This document shows positions 1 to 9,093 of a DNA stretch of 64,000 nt, piece after piece. A program made the translations under genes and the position numbers. The notes under the pieces were generated by a model. It searched no databases. It was not told the DNA's origin and saw nothing but the letters and a program-made list of their open reading frames with translations. The stretch covers positions 6,440 through 70,439 of the forward strand of contig CAZGFX010000002.1 in the NCBI GenBank assembly GCA_964524845.1, written 5' to 3'. The stretch comes from an uncultured Gammaproteobacteria bacterium. Lineage in GTDB: Bacteria > Patescibacteriota > Patescibacteriia > CAZGFX01. Position 1 is the first letter of the stretch; the number at the start of each line of letters is the position of its first letter.

Positions 1-231
1 TTGGTAATGTATATTGCAATAGTGAATAATATCAGTATGAGGGGTTTTGAAGTCGGAGAGATTCAAAAACAAATTAAAACCGCTCGTCAAGACAATAGAG
101 AGAAACAGCTTTTTATATCAGAACTCCAATCATCTGATCGTATTAATAAATTGACAACACGACTCGATATGGTCAAAGTTGATTCAGTAGAATATATAAG
201 GCTTGATCGATCGTTTGCATTAAACAGATAA
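1..231 (+). CDS. FtsL-like cell division protein, 5' truncated by window edge
   Basis: End of a TM segment followed by a coiled coil (GFEVGEIQKQIKTARQDNREKQLFISELQS), directly upstream of a class B PBP. Confidence 0.6.
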   Translation: MVMYIAIVNNISMRGFEVGEIQKQIKTARQDNREKQLFISELQSSDRINKLTTRLDMVKVDSVEYIRLDRSFALNR

Positions 232-247
232 TAAATAGAAGAATAAT

Positions 248-1990
248 ATGGGAGGAGGGTACCATATTCAAAGGAAAGACATACACACAATGAGAATTAA
301 TTTTCTCATTGTGCCGTTTTTTATTTTTGGGATGCTTGTTGTCGGAAAACTATTTATTTTACAAGTTATAAAATCGGAGAAATACGAAGATCGTGCAATG
401 CTACAACGCCTTGTCAATAGAGATCTGATACCGGCTCGCGGAGAAATTTTTTTACGAGACAAAGAACACGGAGGACAACTACAGCCATTAGCAACAAACA
501 AGGAGTTTGATGTAATTTATGCTGTACCAGAAGAGGTGGATAATCCATATGTTACTGCAACAGTACTTGCAGATAAACTTGGCTTTGATTCTAGTGGGAA
601 AGAGGCGCTTATTGCTAAGCTTTCGAAAGAAAACGACAAATATGAACATATTGCTCGCAAGATAGATAAAAATATTGTGGAAGATGTAAAGAAACTGAAT
701 CTCAAGGGAATATATATTGGTAAAGAAACAGGTAGATATTATCCGAATAATTCTTTTGCGAGCGCTATACTAGGATTTGTTGGATGGAAAGACAAGGAGC
801 GTGTTGGAATGTATGGGCTTGAAGGATATAACAATGACGCGCTCGCAGGTATAAAAGGACATGTAACTGCGGAATATGATGGGCGTGGAAATGTAATTGG
901 TGTTGCAAAAAACGAGATAGAGCAAGCTGTAAACGGAGAAAGCTTCGTGCTTACAATAGACAAGTTCATTCAGGAAATGTCTTGCAAGAGTCTAAAAGAG
1001 GCTGTTGAGGCAAACTCAGCAGAAAACGGAGCGGTGATCATCATGGATCCTAAAACAGGTGCCATCAGAGCCATGTGTAGTTATCCGGACTTTGATCCTA
1101 ACAATTACGCGGAAGTAAGTGATGCTAGTGCATATAATAACATCACTATTCATAATGCTTATGAGCCAGGCTCTGTTTTTAAACCAATTACAATGTCAAT
1201 TGCTCTTAATGAGAAAAAAATAACACCGACAACAACATATAATGATACTGGTGTTTTCGAGATTGAAGAATATAAAATAAAAAATTCAGATGGACTTGGT
1301 CATGGAATTCAAACAATGACAGAGGTGCTCGAGAAATCTCTAAATACCGGCGCTATTTTTGCCGCACAACAAGTTGATAGAAAGAAATTTCGTGAATATA
1401 TAGAAAACTTCGGTTTCGGCTCACTTACGGGTATTCCGCTTAATACCGAAGCGTCTGGAAACATAAAATCATTAGGAAAAAATCATTTCTTATATACGGC
1501 GACAGCTTCGTTCGGACAAGGTATAACGGTTACTCCTCTTCAGCTTGTTGCTGCGTTCGGAGTGCTTGCAAACGGTGGTGCACTTATGAAACCATATATT
1601 ATCGAAGAAACACTTCATAATGATTTAACAAGCACAAAAACAGAACCGGAAGTTGTCCGTCAGATATTATCTCCTGAAACGGCGACAACAGTATCAGCAA
1701 TGATGGTATCCGTAATCAAGTCTGGCTATGGAAAAAGAGCTGGTGTAGAAGGATATAATATAGCAGGAAAAACAGGAACCGCTCAAATTACAAATCCATA
1801 TACTGGAAAGTATTATGAAAATCAATTTAATCATACGTTCGTAGGATTTGGACCAGTTGAAAATCCTCGTTTCGTTATGGTTACTTATTTAAGTAAACCA
1901 AAAAATGGAAAATTTGCAGAGAGCACCGCGGCACCTCTTTTTGGAACAATTGCAAAACAACTTTTTCAATATTATCAAATCTCATATTAA
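248..1990 (+). CDS. ftsI: Class B penicillin-binding protein (FtsI/PBP2 family)
   Basis: N-terminal TM, RGEI dimerisation motif, SxxK (EPGSVFK), SLN and KTGT transpeptidase motifs; start may be ATG 290. Confidence 0.9.
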   Translation: MGGGYHIQRKDIHTMRINFLIVPFFIFGMLVVGKLFILQVIKSEKYEDRAMLQRLVNRDLIPARGEIFLRDKEHGGQLQPLATNKEFDVIYAVPEEVDNPYVTATVLADKLGFDSSGKEALIAKLSKENDKYEHIARKIDKNIVEDVKKLNLKGIYIGKETGRYYPNNSFASAILGFVGWKDKERVGMYGLEGYNNDALAGIKGHVTAEYDGRGNVIGVAKNEIEQAVNGESFVLTIDKFIQEMSCKSLKEAVEANSAENGAVIIMDPKTGAIRAMCSYPDFDPNNYAEVSDASAYNNITIHNAYEPGSVFKPITMSIALNEKKITPTTTYNDTGVFEIEEYKIKNSDGLGHGIQTMTEVLEKSLNTGAIFAAQQVDRKKFREYIENFGFGSLTGIPLNTEASGNIKSLGKNHFLYTATASFGQGITVTPLQLVAAFGVLANGGALMKPYIIEETLHNDLTSTKTEPEVVRQILSPETATTVSAMMVSVIKSGYGKRAGVEGYNIAGKTGTAQITNPYTGKYYENQFNHTFVGFGPVENPRFVMVTYLSKPKNGKFAESTAAPLFGTIAKQLFQYYQISY

Positions 1991-1993
1991 TAT

Positions 1994-3190
1994 ATGGGGT
2001 ATATAATTAAAAACTTGCTTCGTGTCATCTCTCGTTTAATTATTAAAAAATATTCTCCTATTATCATAGGCGTGACCGGGTCTGTAGGGAAAACATCCGT
2101 AAAAGAATATTTATATCATTTTTTAAAAGACACGAGAAATGTGTGTGTTTCTTTTGGTAATTACAATAACGAATTTGGTCTTCCGCGTACAATAATTTCT
2201 CCGAGATCTCATAAGTTTGGATTGTTTGGAGATTTTTTTAGATGTTTTTTGTTTCTTGTTTTTCCATTACCATATCCATCATATCTGATATTAGAATATG
2301 GTTCCGATAAACCTGGTGATATAAAGTATCTTTGTAATATAGTAAAACCGTTTTTGTCTATTATTACAGCCATAACAGATGCTCATAGCGCAGCATACAA
2401 AAATAAAAATGCTTTATTTGATGAAAAAATGACGCTTGCGAAAATGACAGATAGAAACGGGGCTGTTATATTTGGCGTCGATCATATTGATTATAAAGAG
2501 ATAGACATTCCTAATCAGATATATACTTATGGGAGACTTGATGGAAGCGATGTTCGTCTGATTGGTTTTGATTACGATTTTGATCCATTTTCAACAACTG
2601 TAAAAATTGATTATAAAGGAAATACTATTCCTTTTAGAGTGCGGCAATTATTAAGTTCAGGGCAGGTATATTCACTTCTCGGGGCTATATGCGCCGCACG
2701 CGTATGTGATGTACCACTACTTGATATTATAAGAAAAGCTGAACACCTATCTGTGATGCATGGAAGGGGAAACATACTTCCATCAATTAAAAATGGATAT
2801 ATTATTGACGAAACATATAATGCATCAACAGAATCAACTATTTCAGCACTAACTCTTCTTGATGCGACTACGCACGTTAACAAAGTATTAATTCTGGGAG
2901 ATTTGTTTGAATTAAGTGATGATGCAATAAAAAATGCGATTACAAAAATAAGTGATTTTTTAATAAAAAGTTCTATCAATTACATATTTCTCGTTGGTGA
3001 AAAAATCAGGCCAGTTTATGATATTTTAAAAAAAGATAAATACAATAACATGCTTGAATGGTACGCGACAACCGATGAGTGTATGAAAAAACTTCCTTGG
3101 AAATATCCGGAAAGAGCTTTTTGTCTTGTAAAAGGATCGCGTGCGGCGCATATGGAGAAGATTGTACATATTATAAAAGAAAGCTTTTAA
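1994..3190 (+). CDS. murF: UDP-N-acetylmuramoyl-tripeptide--D-Ala-D-Ala ligase
   Basis: GVTGSVGKTS P-loop, GNYNNEFGLP, IDETYNA, LGDLFEL, LVKGSR; lacks the usual N-terminal domain. Confidence 0.85.
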   Translation: MGYIIKNLLRVISRLIIKKYSPIIIGVTGSVGKTSVKEYLYHFLKDTRNVCVSFGNYNNEFGLPRTIISPRSHKFGLFGDFFRCFLFLVFPLPYPSYLILEYGSDKPGDIKYLCNIVKPFLSIITAITDAHSAAYKNKNALFDEKMTLAKMTDRNGAVIFGVDHIDYKEIDIPNQIYTYGRLDGSDVRLIGFDYDFDPFSTTVKIDYKGNTIPFRVRQLLSSGQVYSLLGAICAARVCDVPLLDIIRKAEHLSVMHGRGNILPSIKNGYIIDETYNASTESTISALTLLDATTHVNKVLILGDLFELSDDAIKNAITKISDFLIKSSINYIFLVGEKIRPVYDILKKDKYNNMLEWYATTDECMKKLPWKYPERAFCLVKGSRAAHMEKIVHIIKESF

Positions 3191-3289
3191 TTTTTTAAAG
3201 AGCTATATTTTATCTAAAACTAGGTAAAAAACGTTAATTAAAGTACGGGTATTTACAAAAGTGCATTTTTTTGTTACTCTTTAGCCATT

Positions 3290-4900
3290 ATGACAATAGG
3301 AAATAATACGATTCGCGAGGAAGTATTGGGTCTTCTAAAAGGATATGAGGAGACCGCAGATCTTTCTATGATAGATGGGCCACGTGTCCATGTAAGCAAT
3401 ATCATTGGAAAGCTGGCTTTCGTATACGAAAAAATTCGAAACTCAGTAGATGCAAAAGATGAGAAACTTCTTCATAAGTACGCGATACTTCGAATATTAA
3501 GACGAAGAGTTTTGACACACAAAGATCACTACATGATTGCAGAGTCACTAGTGAAGGAGCTTATTCGAGCAGGGTACATGCCAAATGATTATATTCCTGA
3601 GAAGCTTATTGATGAGATTAAACATGTTATAGATAAATACTTCATGCTTTTGGCACATCTCACTGAATACAATAAACAACAAGAAACAGACGAGTTGCTT
3701 ATGGGGCTTCTGGATATTGCGGCGTGTGAGATAGAGGAGTTGCTTATTCCTGGTGTGCGCGAGCGTGCGCTCGTATCTGCTGCATTTGATTTCTTGCGTC
3801 CTCGTATTACTTATAAAAACATCGAGATCGCGGAGAGCGATCGCGACGTACAATTATACCTAGCTTGTTACAGAGTATTCGTAAGTTCTGACAAAGGAAT
3901 GCTTTCTTATGAGCTTTTGAAATTGTATTTTCCTGATTGGCAAAACGCAGATGAAGTGCTTATTCTCGATGTTGCTCAGAGATTTAGTGCAATATCTCAT
4001 ATTTTAAAGATAATTAACTCATATAAACTTTCCCAAAAACTTTTTAAAGTTGTAAAAAGATTTGCCGTACCTATGCTTGCGGTTCGCGACTCGGTTTTGA
4101 ATACACAGGGCCCGGCCGCCGCACTTCAGCTTATTTCTGATAAAAAAGCATTTAATTTAGCGATTCGCAACGCATATGTGATCAGATACTCGAACGCTCG
4201 CGCACGTCTTCGCAAGCTTGCGACACGTGCAATTATTTATATGTTTATTACGAAGATGGTCATCGCTGTTGCACTTGAGGTGCCATATGACATTCTCATT
4301 GAAAAACAACTCCATCTTTTTGCAATAGGAATTAATGTTTTGTTTCCGCCGGTTCTTTTGTTTCTTATGATTGTTTTGATGAGATATCCGAGAAACGATA
4401 ATCTCGATCTAGTTGTGGATGCGGCGAATGAGATAGTTGATAAAGAAAGTACGACCAAGCATCTTAATTTTGAGGTTGCGTTTAAGAAGAAACATCATCC
4501 ATTAAATTCATTTCTTATTAAGAGTTCGTATGTGGTTATATTTTTGGGTGTGTTTTATATTTTAATATCATCGCTTGTCGGCCTTCATTTTAATATAGCC
4601 AGTATAATTATGTTTTTGTTTTTTCTCTCACTTGTTTCTTTTTTTGGTGTACGTATCAGGAGAACTGTGCAAGATCTCGTTTTCGTGGAGAGAAAAGAAA
4701 ATATATTTACTGTCATACTAGATTTCTTTTCTGTACCAATTATCAAATCAGGAAGATGGCTTTCAACAGGACTTGCGAATATAAATATATTTGTTGTTCT
4801 TCTTGATTGGTTTATAGAACTTCCTTTCAAAGTGCTTATAGACCTCATCGAAGACACCTCCGTTTATCTAAAAGAGAAGAGGGATGATGGTTCTCTATAA
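3290..4900 (+). CDS. Hypothetical membrane protein (helical N-domain, C-terminal TM helices)
   Basis: 536-aa ORF with several hydrophobic segments in the C-terminal third. Confidence 0.7.
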   Translation: MTIGNNTIREEVLGLLKGYEETADLSMIDGPRVHVSNIIGKLAFVYEKIRNSVDAKDEKLLHKYAILRILRRRVLTHKDHYMIAESLVKELIRAGYMPNDYIPEKLIDEIKHVIDKYFMLLAHLTEYNKQQETDELLMGLLDIAACEIEELLIPGVRERALVSAAFDFLRPRITYKNIEIAESDRDVQLYLACYRVFVSSDKGMLSYELLKLYFPDWQNADEVLILDVAQRFSAISHILKIINSYKLSQKLFKVVKRFAVPMLAVRDSVLNTQGPAAALQLISDKKAFNLAIRNAYVIRYSNARARLRKLATRAIIYMFITKMVIAVALEVPYDILIEKQLHLFAIGINVLFPPVLLFLMIVLMRYPRNDNLDLVVDAANEIVDKESTTKHLNFEVAFKKKHHPLNSFLIKSSYVVIFLGVFYILISSLVGLHFNIASIIMFLFFLSLVSFFGVRIRRTVQDLVFVERKENIFTVILDFFSVPIIKSGRWLSTGLANINIFVVLLDWFIELPFKVLIDLIEDTSVYLKEKRDDGSL

Positions 4901-4915
4901 TTTTCATTTTTTGTT

Positions 4916-5734
4916 ATGATCAATTTGTTTTTATCAAGCGCGCTTCCATTTGTTGTTTCGCTTATTATTCTTTATATATTTTCAAAAGCGCTAAGCAAGA
5001 GATCTGTAAGGGTGCTTGGTTTTAAGGGTTCGATACTTTTGTTGTGGGTTGGTACAACAATACATGAGCTTTCTCATCTTCTTGGATGCTTTCTAACTCT
5101 TACAAAAGTTGAGAAAATAGCTTTTTTTAAACCGGAAAAACAAGAAGACGGTTCTTATCGTCTAGGATACGTCTCTCATGTTAGTCCAAAAAATCCTCTT
5201 TCAAGTATGATTATCGGACTCATGCCGTTAGTTGGCGGAGCTCTCGTACTATGGTTTTCTTCCAAGTGGCTTATTCCTGAAGCGCATCTTGTTGTTTTGA
5301 ATGTTAATGATATTACATCGTGGTATCAAGGTATCATATATGGTTTTTTGAAAAGCGGGGAGGCTTTGTGGAATGTTGTACTATCAATTGATTTCTCTCA
5401 CTGGCAAACATATTTGTTTTTTTATTTGTCATTCTCGATAGGCGCGCACCTTTCTCCTTCCGGACAGGATTTCAAAAATGCACGAACAGGACTTATAACT
5501 CTTGGCATAATAATAGTAGCGCTATATATTTTGAATATTTTTTATGGTTTTCTTGGGGTATTAATAGGTGTGGCCGGTGTGTATGCAGGGGAATATATAA
5601 TAGCGCTTACATCCGTAATGCAGTTCGCTACACTTCTCATAATCGTATGTATTATTATATGCGAAATCATATACTGGCTTCGCAATAAGCTTTTTTACAA
5701 AAAACCAATAGATCCGAACTGGTTCGCTTCTTGA
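4916..5734 (+). CDS. Membrane metalloprotease, M50-like
   Basis: TM-embedded HELSH zinc motif, LGYVSH and SPSGQD motif, polytopic. Confidence 0.65.
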   Translation: MINLFLSSALPFVVSLIILYIFSKALSKRSVRVLGFKGSILLLWVGTTIHELSHLLGCFLTLTKVEKIAFFKPEKQEDGSYRLGYVSHVSPKNPLSSMIIGLMPLVGGALVLWFSSKWLIPEAHLVVLNVNDITSWYQGIIYGFLKSGEALWNVVLSIDFSHWQTYLFFYLSFSIGAHLSPSGQDFKNARTGLITLGIIIVALYILNIFYGFLGVLIGVAGVYAGEYIIALTSVMQFATLLIIVCIIICEIIYWLRNKLFYKKPIDPNWFAS

Positions 5735-5753
5735 TAATTGATATCAAACACAC

Positions 5754-5876
5754 AAAATCAGCTGAAATAGGCTGTTTTTTTGTATTCGTGTGTACAAAAC
5801 CTTGACAGGATTGTCTCCGTGTGTTATCATTCTATGATAAAAACTAAAATAAAACAAATGAGAAAAGGAGAGAATT
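5754..5876 (+). promoter_or_regulatory. Cassette module copy 1: CAGC/GCTG hairpin + T-run, sigma70 promoter, A-rich leader, SD
   Basis: TTGACA 5802-5807, 17-bp spacer, TG-n-TATCAT 5825-5830, AAGGAG before ATG 5877. Confidence 0.8.
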
Positions 5877-6986
5877 ATGGAAAAGTTAATATTTGAATTT
5901 GAGGAACTGATAGAAAAAATCGGTTTAGGAAGAGTTGTTGCCGCATTCTACGAAAAAATTCCTAAAGAGTTTTTTGAAAACATGACTTTTGATGAGTGGA
6001 TGCAGGTTTACGAATTTACTACATCAGGAAGCGATTTACAAAAAATCGTTCTCCGAAAAATTTCGGAATTTAAAAAAACATTTGATGAGTGGGAAAAAGT
6101 TTACATCGATCAAGATTACTCAGATGATCACCATACCTTCCTCACTTCAGAAGAAGTTGATTTAAATAGTCTTGTTTTCAAAAAAAAGTTAGAAACCGCG
6201 GAGACGTTTGATGAGTGGGAAAAAGTTTACATCGATCCAGATGACCGTTATGACCATATCTGCCTCACTTCAGAAGAAATTGATTTAATAAGCAGTCTCG
6301 CTCTCAAAAAAATGTTTTTTATTGCAAAAACGTTTGATGAATGGATGCGGGTTTACAAATTTACTACATCAGGAAGCGATCTTGAAAAACTCGCTATTCA
6401 AAAAATGTCAGAATTTACAAAAACATTTGATGAGTGGAAGGTAGTTTACGAAAACTTTCCATCCGAAAGTGAACTTCAAAAACTCGCTATTCAAAAAATG
6501 TCAGAAGTTGCAAAGACATTTGATGAATGGATGTTGGTTTACAAAAAATCTCCATCCGAAAGCGAGTCTCAAAAACTCGCTATTCAGAAGATATCAGAAG
6601 TTGCAAACACATTTGATGAGTGGAAGGTGGGTTACGAAAACTCTCCATCCGAAAGTGAGCTTCGAAAACTTGCTGTTCAAAAAATGTCAGAAGTTGCAAA
6701 GACATTTGGTGAATTGTGGATTGTTTACTTCTACTCTCCATCCGAAAGTGAGCTTCAAAAACTCGCTATTCAAAAAATGTCAGAGACAGCAAAGCATTTT
6801 TATGAATGGGAGATGCTTTGCGGATGCTCTCCATCCGAAAGCGAGTCTCAAAAACTCGTTATTCAAAAAATGTTAGAGCTTGCAGAAACACTTGATGAAT
6901 GGAAGGCAGTTTACGAATATTCTCCATCCGAAAGCGAGCCTCAAAAACTCGCTCTTCAAAAAATGGGCGAATTCGTTCAGGTCTAA
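5877..6986 (+). CDS. 31-aa helical tandem-repeat protein (10 repeats)
   Basis: Repeats of TFDEWxxVYxxSPSESELQKLAIQKMSEVAK with 93-bp DNA period; two repeats are 42 aa long. Confidence 0.85.
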   Translation: MEKLIFEFEELIEKIGLGRVVAAFYEKIPKEFFENMTFDEWMQVYEFTTSGSDLQKIVLRKISEFKKTFDEWEKVYIDQDYSDDHHTFLTSEEVDLNSLVFKKKLETAETFDEWEKVYIDPDDRYDHICLTSEEIDLISSLALKKMFFIAKTFDEWMRVYKFTTSGSDLEKLAIQKMSEFTKTFDEWKVVYENFPSESELQKLAIQKMSEVAKTFDEWMLVYKKSPSESESQKLAIQKISEVANTFDEWKVGYENSPSESELRKLAVQKMSEVAKTFGELWIVYFYSPSESELQKLAIQKMSETAKHFYEWEMLCGCSPSESESQKLVIQKMLELAETLDEWKAVYEYSPSESEPQKLALQKMGEFVQV

Positions 6987-7004
6987 TAAGTTTCAAAATT
7001 TAAC

Positions 7005-7170
7005 ACCCCTTGCTTGTATTAAACAGGCAAGGGGATTTTTTTATAAAACCAGCTGAAATAAGCTGTTTTTTGTATTTGTATACACAAAAACCTTGACAGG
7101 ACTGTCCTTATGTGCTATTATTTAATGATAAAAACATAAACAAACAAAAACAAAAAATAAGGAGAAAATC
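7005..7170 (+). repeat. Cassette junction copy 2: terminator + hairpin + promoter + SD
   Basis: ACCCCTTGCTTGTATTAAACAGGCAAGGGGATTTTTTTATAAAA at 7005-7048; TTGACA 7093-7098, 17 bp, TATTAT 7116-7121; AAGGAG. Confidence 0.9.
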
Positions 7171-7854
7171 ATGGAAAAGATGTCATTTGATGAATTAGTA
7201 GGAAAAATTGGTTTTGGGCCAGCTGTTGTCATTTGTTACAAAAAACTTACAAAAGAGTTTTTTGAAAGACAGACATTTAAAGAATGGAAAACAATTTACG
7301 AAAATGCTCTATCCGGAAGCGATTTGAAAAAACTCGTATTAGAAGAGAAGATGTTAGGTCTTGCAAAAACGTTTGACGAATGTGTGTATATTCTCAAAAA
7401 CATTTCATCCGGAGATGAGTTTAGAAGACTTGTTCTTCAAAAAATGTTAGAACTTGCAAAGACCCCTCATGAGTGTATATTTGTTTATAATAACACGCCA
7501 GAAATAAGTATGTTTAAGAGGCCTGTTATTGAAAAAATATCAGAGATTGCAGAAACGATTGACGCATGGGTATTTGTTTATAACAATTCCTCATTCATAA
7601 TCGAGTTTAAAAGTATGGGTGAGCTTAAAAAACTTGCTTTAGAGAAGATTATGCTTGCAAAGACGTTTGACGAGTGGAAGTATGTTTACAAAAATTCCCA
7701 ATTAGGAAGTGAATTAAAAAGTCTCGCAATTCAGAAAATGTTAGAGTTTGATAATACATTTCATGAATGGATGTCTGTTTACAATGACTATTCATACGGA
7801 AGCGATTTGAAAGAACTCGTTCTCCAGAAGATGTCTGAATTCATTGAAGTATAA
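7171..7854 (+). CDS. 31-aa helical tandem-repeat protein paralog (6 repeats)
   Basis: Same N-cap (SFDELVGKIGFG...KEFFE) and TFxEWxxVY...LxxQKM repeats as 5877-6986. Confidence 0.85.
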   Translation: MEKMSFDELVGKIGFGPAVVICYKKLTKEFFERQTFKEWKTIYENALSGSDLKKLVLEEKMLGLAKTFDECVYILKNISSGDEFRRLVLQKMLELAKTPHECIFVYNNTPEISMFKRPVIEKISEIAETIDAWVFVYNNSSFIIEFKSMGELKKLALEKIMLAKTFDEWKYVYKNSQLGSELKSLAIQKMLEFDNTFHEWMSVYNDYSYGSDLKELVLQKMSEFIEV

Positions 7855-7859
7855 TATAA

Positions 7860-8025
7860 ACCCCTTGCTTGTATTAAACAGGCAAGGGGATTTTTTTATA
7901 AAATCAGCTTAAATAGGCTGTTTTTGTGTTCTCATAAGTTGTGTTGACAAAATCTTTTACACATGTTATCATTTTACGATAAAAACAAATAAGTAAATAA
8001 ACAGACAAAAAAGAAGAAGAAAATT
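7860..8025 (+). repeat. Cassette junction copy 3: terminator + hairpin + promoter
   Basis: Identical 44-nt terminator at 7860-7903; TTGACA 7944-7949, 17 bp, TATCAT 7967-7972. Confidence 0.9.
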
Positions 8026-8268
8026 ATGAGAAAGATATCATTTGGTGAATCAGTAGAAAAACTCGGGTTTGGGCTAGCTGTTGTCACTCATTATGAAGAA
8101 CTTTCAAAAGAGTTTTTTGAAAAATTAACATTTGATGAATGGGTGTGGGTTTACAACCAATCTTTATCAGGAAGCGATTTACAAAAACTTGCCTTAAAGA
8201 AGATTTCGGAAATTTCAAAGAAGATCGACGAATTGATACCTATTCATAAAAACGTTCTATCTGATTAA
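8026..8268 (+). CDS. Short repeat-protein paralog (N-cap + ~1.5 repeats), possibly a truncated remnant
   Basis: SFGESVEKLGFG...KEFFEKL-TFDEWVWVYNQSLSGSDLQKLALKKISEISK. Confidence 0.7.
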   Translation: MRKISFGESVEKLGFGLAVVTHYEELSKEFFEKLTFDEWVWVYNQSLSGSDLQKLALKKISEISKKIDELIPIHKNVLSD

Positions 8269-8273
8269 TAAAC

Positions 8274-8436
8274 ACCCCTTGCTTGTATTAAACAGGCAAG
8301 GGGATTTTTTTATAAAACCAGCTGAAATAAGCTGTTTTTTTGTATTCATGTGTATAAAACCTTGACAGAATTGTCTCCGTGTGCTATCATTTAATGATAA
8401 AAATATAAACAAAAAACAAAAAATAAGGAGAAGGTC
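8274..8436 (+). repeat. Cassette junction copy 4: terminator + hairpin + promoter + SD
   Basis: Identical 44-nt terminator at 8274-8317; TTGACA 8362-8367, 17 bp, TATCAT 8385-8390; AAGGAG. Confidence 0.9.
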
Positions 8437-9018
8437 ATGGAAAACTCAAAATCTAACTATGAATTCATCAAACCGATGTCTGTTGTTGAACAGGTGCGAA
8501 TTTTGAAAAATCTGTTTCCAGATGAGCTCGGTGAAAAGGTTTTCGATGAAGATATTGCGACAAACCTGATTTCCATAGGAGCGGGAAGATGTTTCGCAAT
8601 TCCAAAATGGCAACTTTTCGGAAAAAATTATTATGAAGCGTGCGAGAAGGTTCTTCGTGCACTTTCAAATAGCAGAAATGGCAAATTTCGTAACAAAATC
8701 ATCATCGATACAGAAAATCTTCGTGAATCAAAAGAGAAAATTTCAGGGCTTAAAAAAAACGCCGATGCACAAAAAGGAAATGATATTCTCGTTATTTCGG
8801 GACAATTGACAGATAATGAGTTAAGACTAGGAATATTTGAGACTGCGATAATACTCATCGCACACTATAAAAATATTTATAAATATAACAATTTAAAGAT
8901 CGACTGTGCTGGAGATGAGTCTACTTGTTTTGGCGGCGCTTTCTTTAATATGCCCGAATTCAGCATTGTGGGGGACGAGCTATGGTTGTCTGATTATTCT
9001 AAGTTTTATGCATTTTAG
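8437..9018 (+). CDS. Hypothetical protein unrelated to the repeat proteins
   Basis: 193-aa ORF with SD, behind the cassette promoter; FAIPKW and IDCAGDE segments. Confidence 0.75.
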   Translation: MENSKSNYEFIKPMSVVEQVRILKNLFPDELGEKVFDEDIATNLISIGAGRCFAIPKWQLFGKNYYEACEKVLRALSNSRNGKFRNKIIIDTENLRESKEKISGLKKNADAQKGNDILVISGQLTDNELRLGIFETAIILIAHYKNIYKYNNLKIDCAGDESTCFGGAFFNMPEFSIVGDELWLSDYSKFYAF

Positions 9019-9044
9019 AGCATTTTAAAAATTACATATTAAAC

Positions 9045-9079
9045 AAAAAGGTTATCCAAAACATGGATGACCTTTTTTT
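9045..9079. terminator. Bidirectional intrinsic terminator
   Basis: AAAAAGGTTATCCA-aaaca-TGGATGACCTTTTT between convergent genes. Confidence 0.75.
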
Positions 9080-9093
9080 ATTTTATTAATTAC

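Noticed and set aside
6469-6876. Alternative-frame 135-aa ORF inside the repeat gene
   Set aside because: It is a by-product of the 93-bp repeat lacking stops in that frame and has no RBS.
7005-8317. CRISPR array interpretation of the identical palindromic repeats
   Set aside because: The repeats are separated by whole genes of unequal length, have terminator form, and no cas genes are present.
5877-9018. Diversity-generating retroelement
   Set aside because: No reverse transcriptase or template repeat in the window, and repeat differences are not confined to adenines. A remote DGR cannot be excluded.
5754-9079. Classical integron
   Set aside because: No IntI in the window, no RYYYAAC/GTTRRRY attC ends, and every gene has its own promoter.
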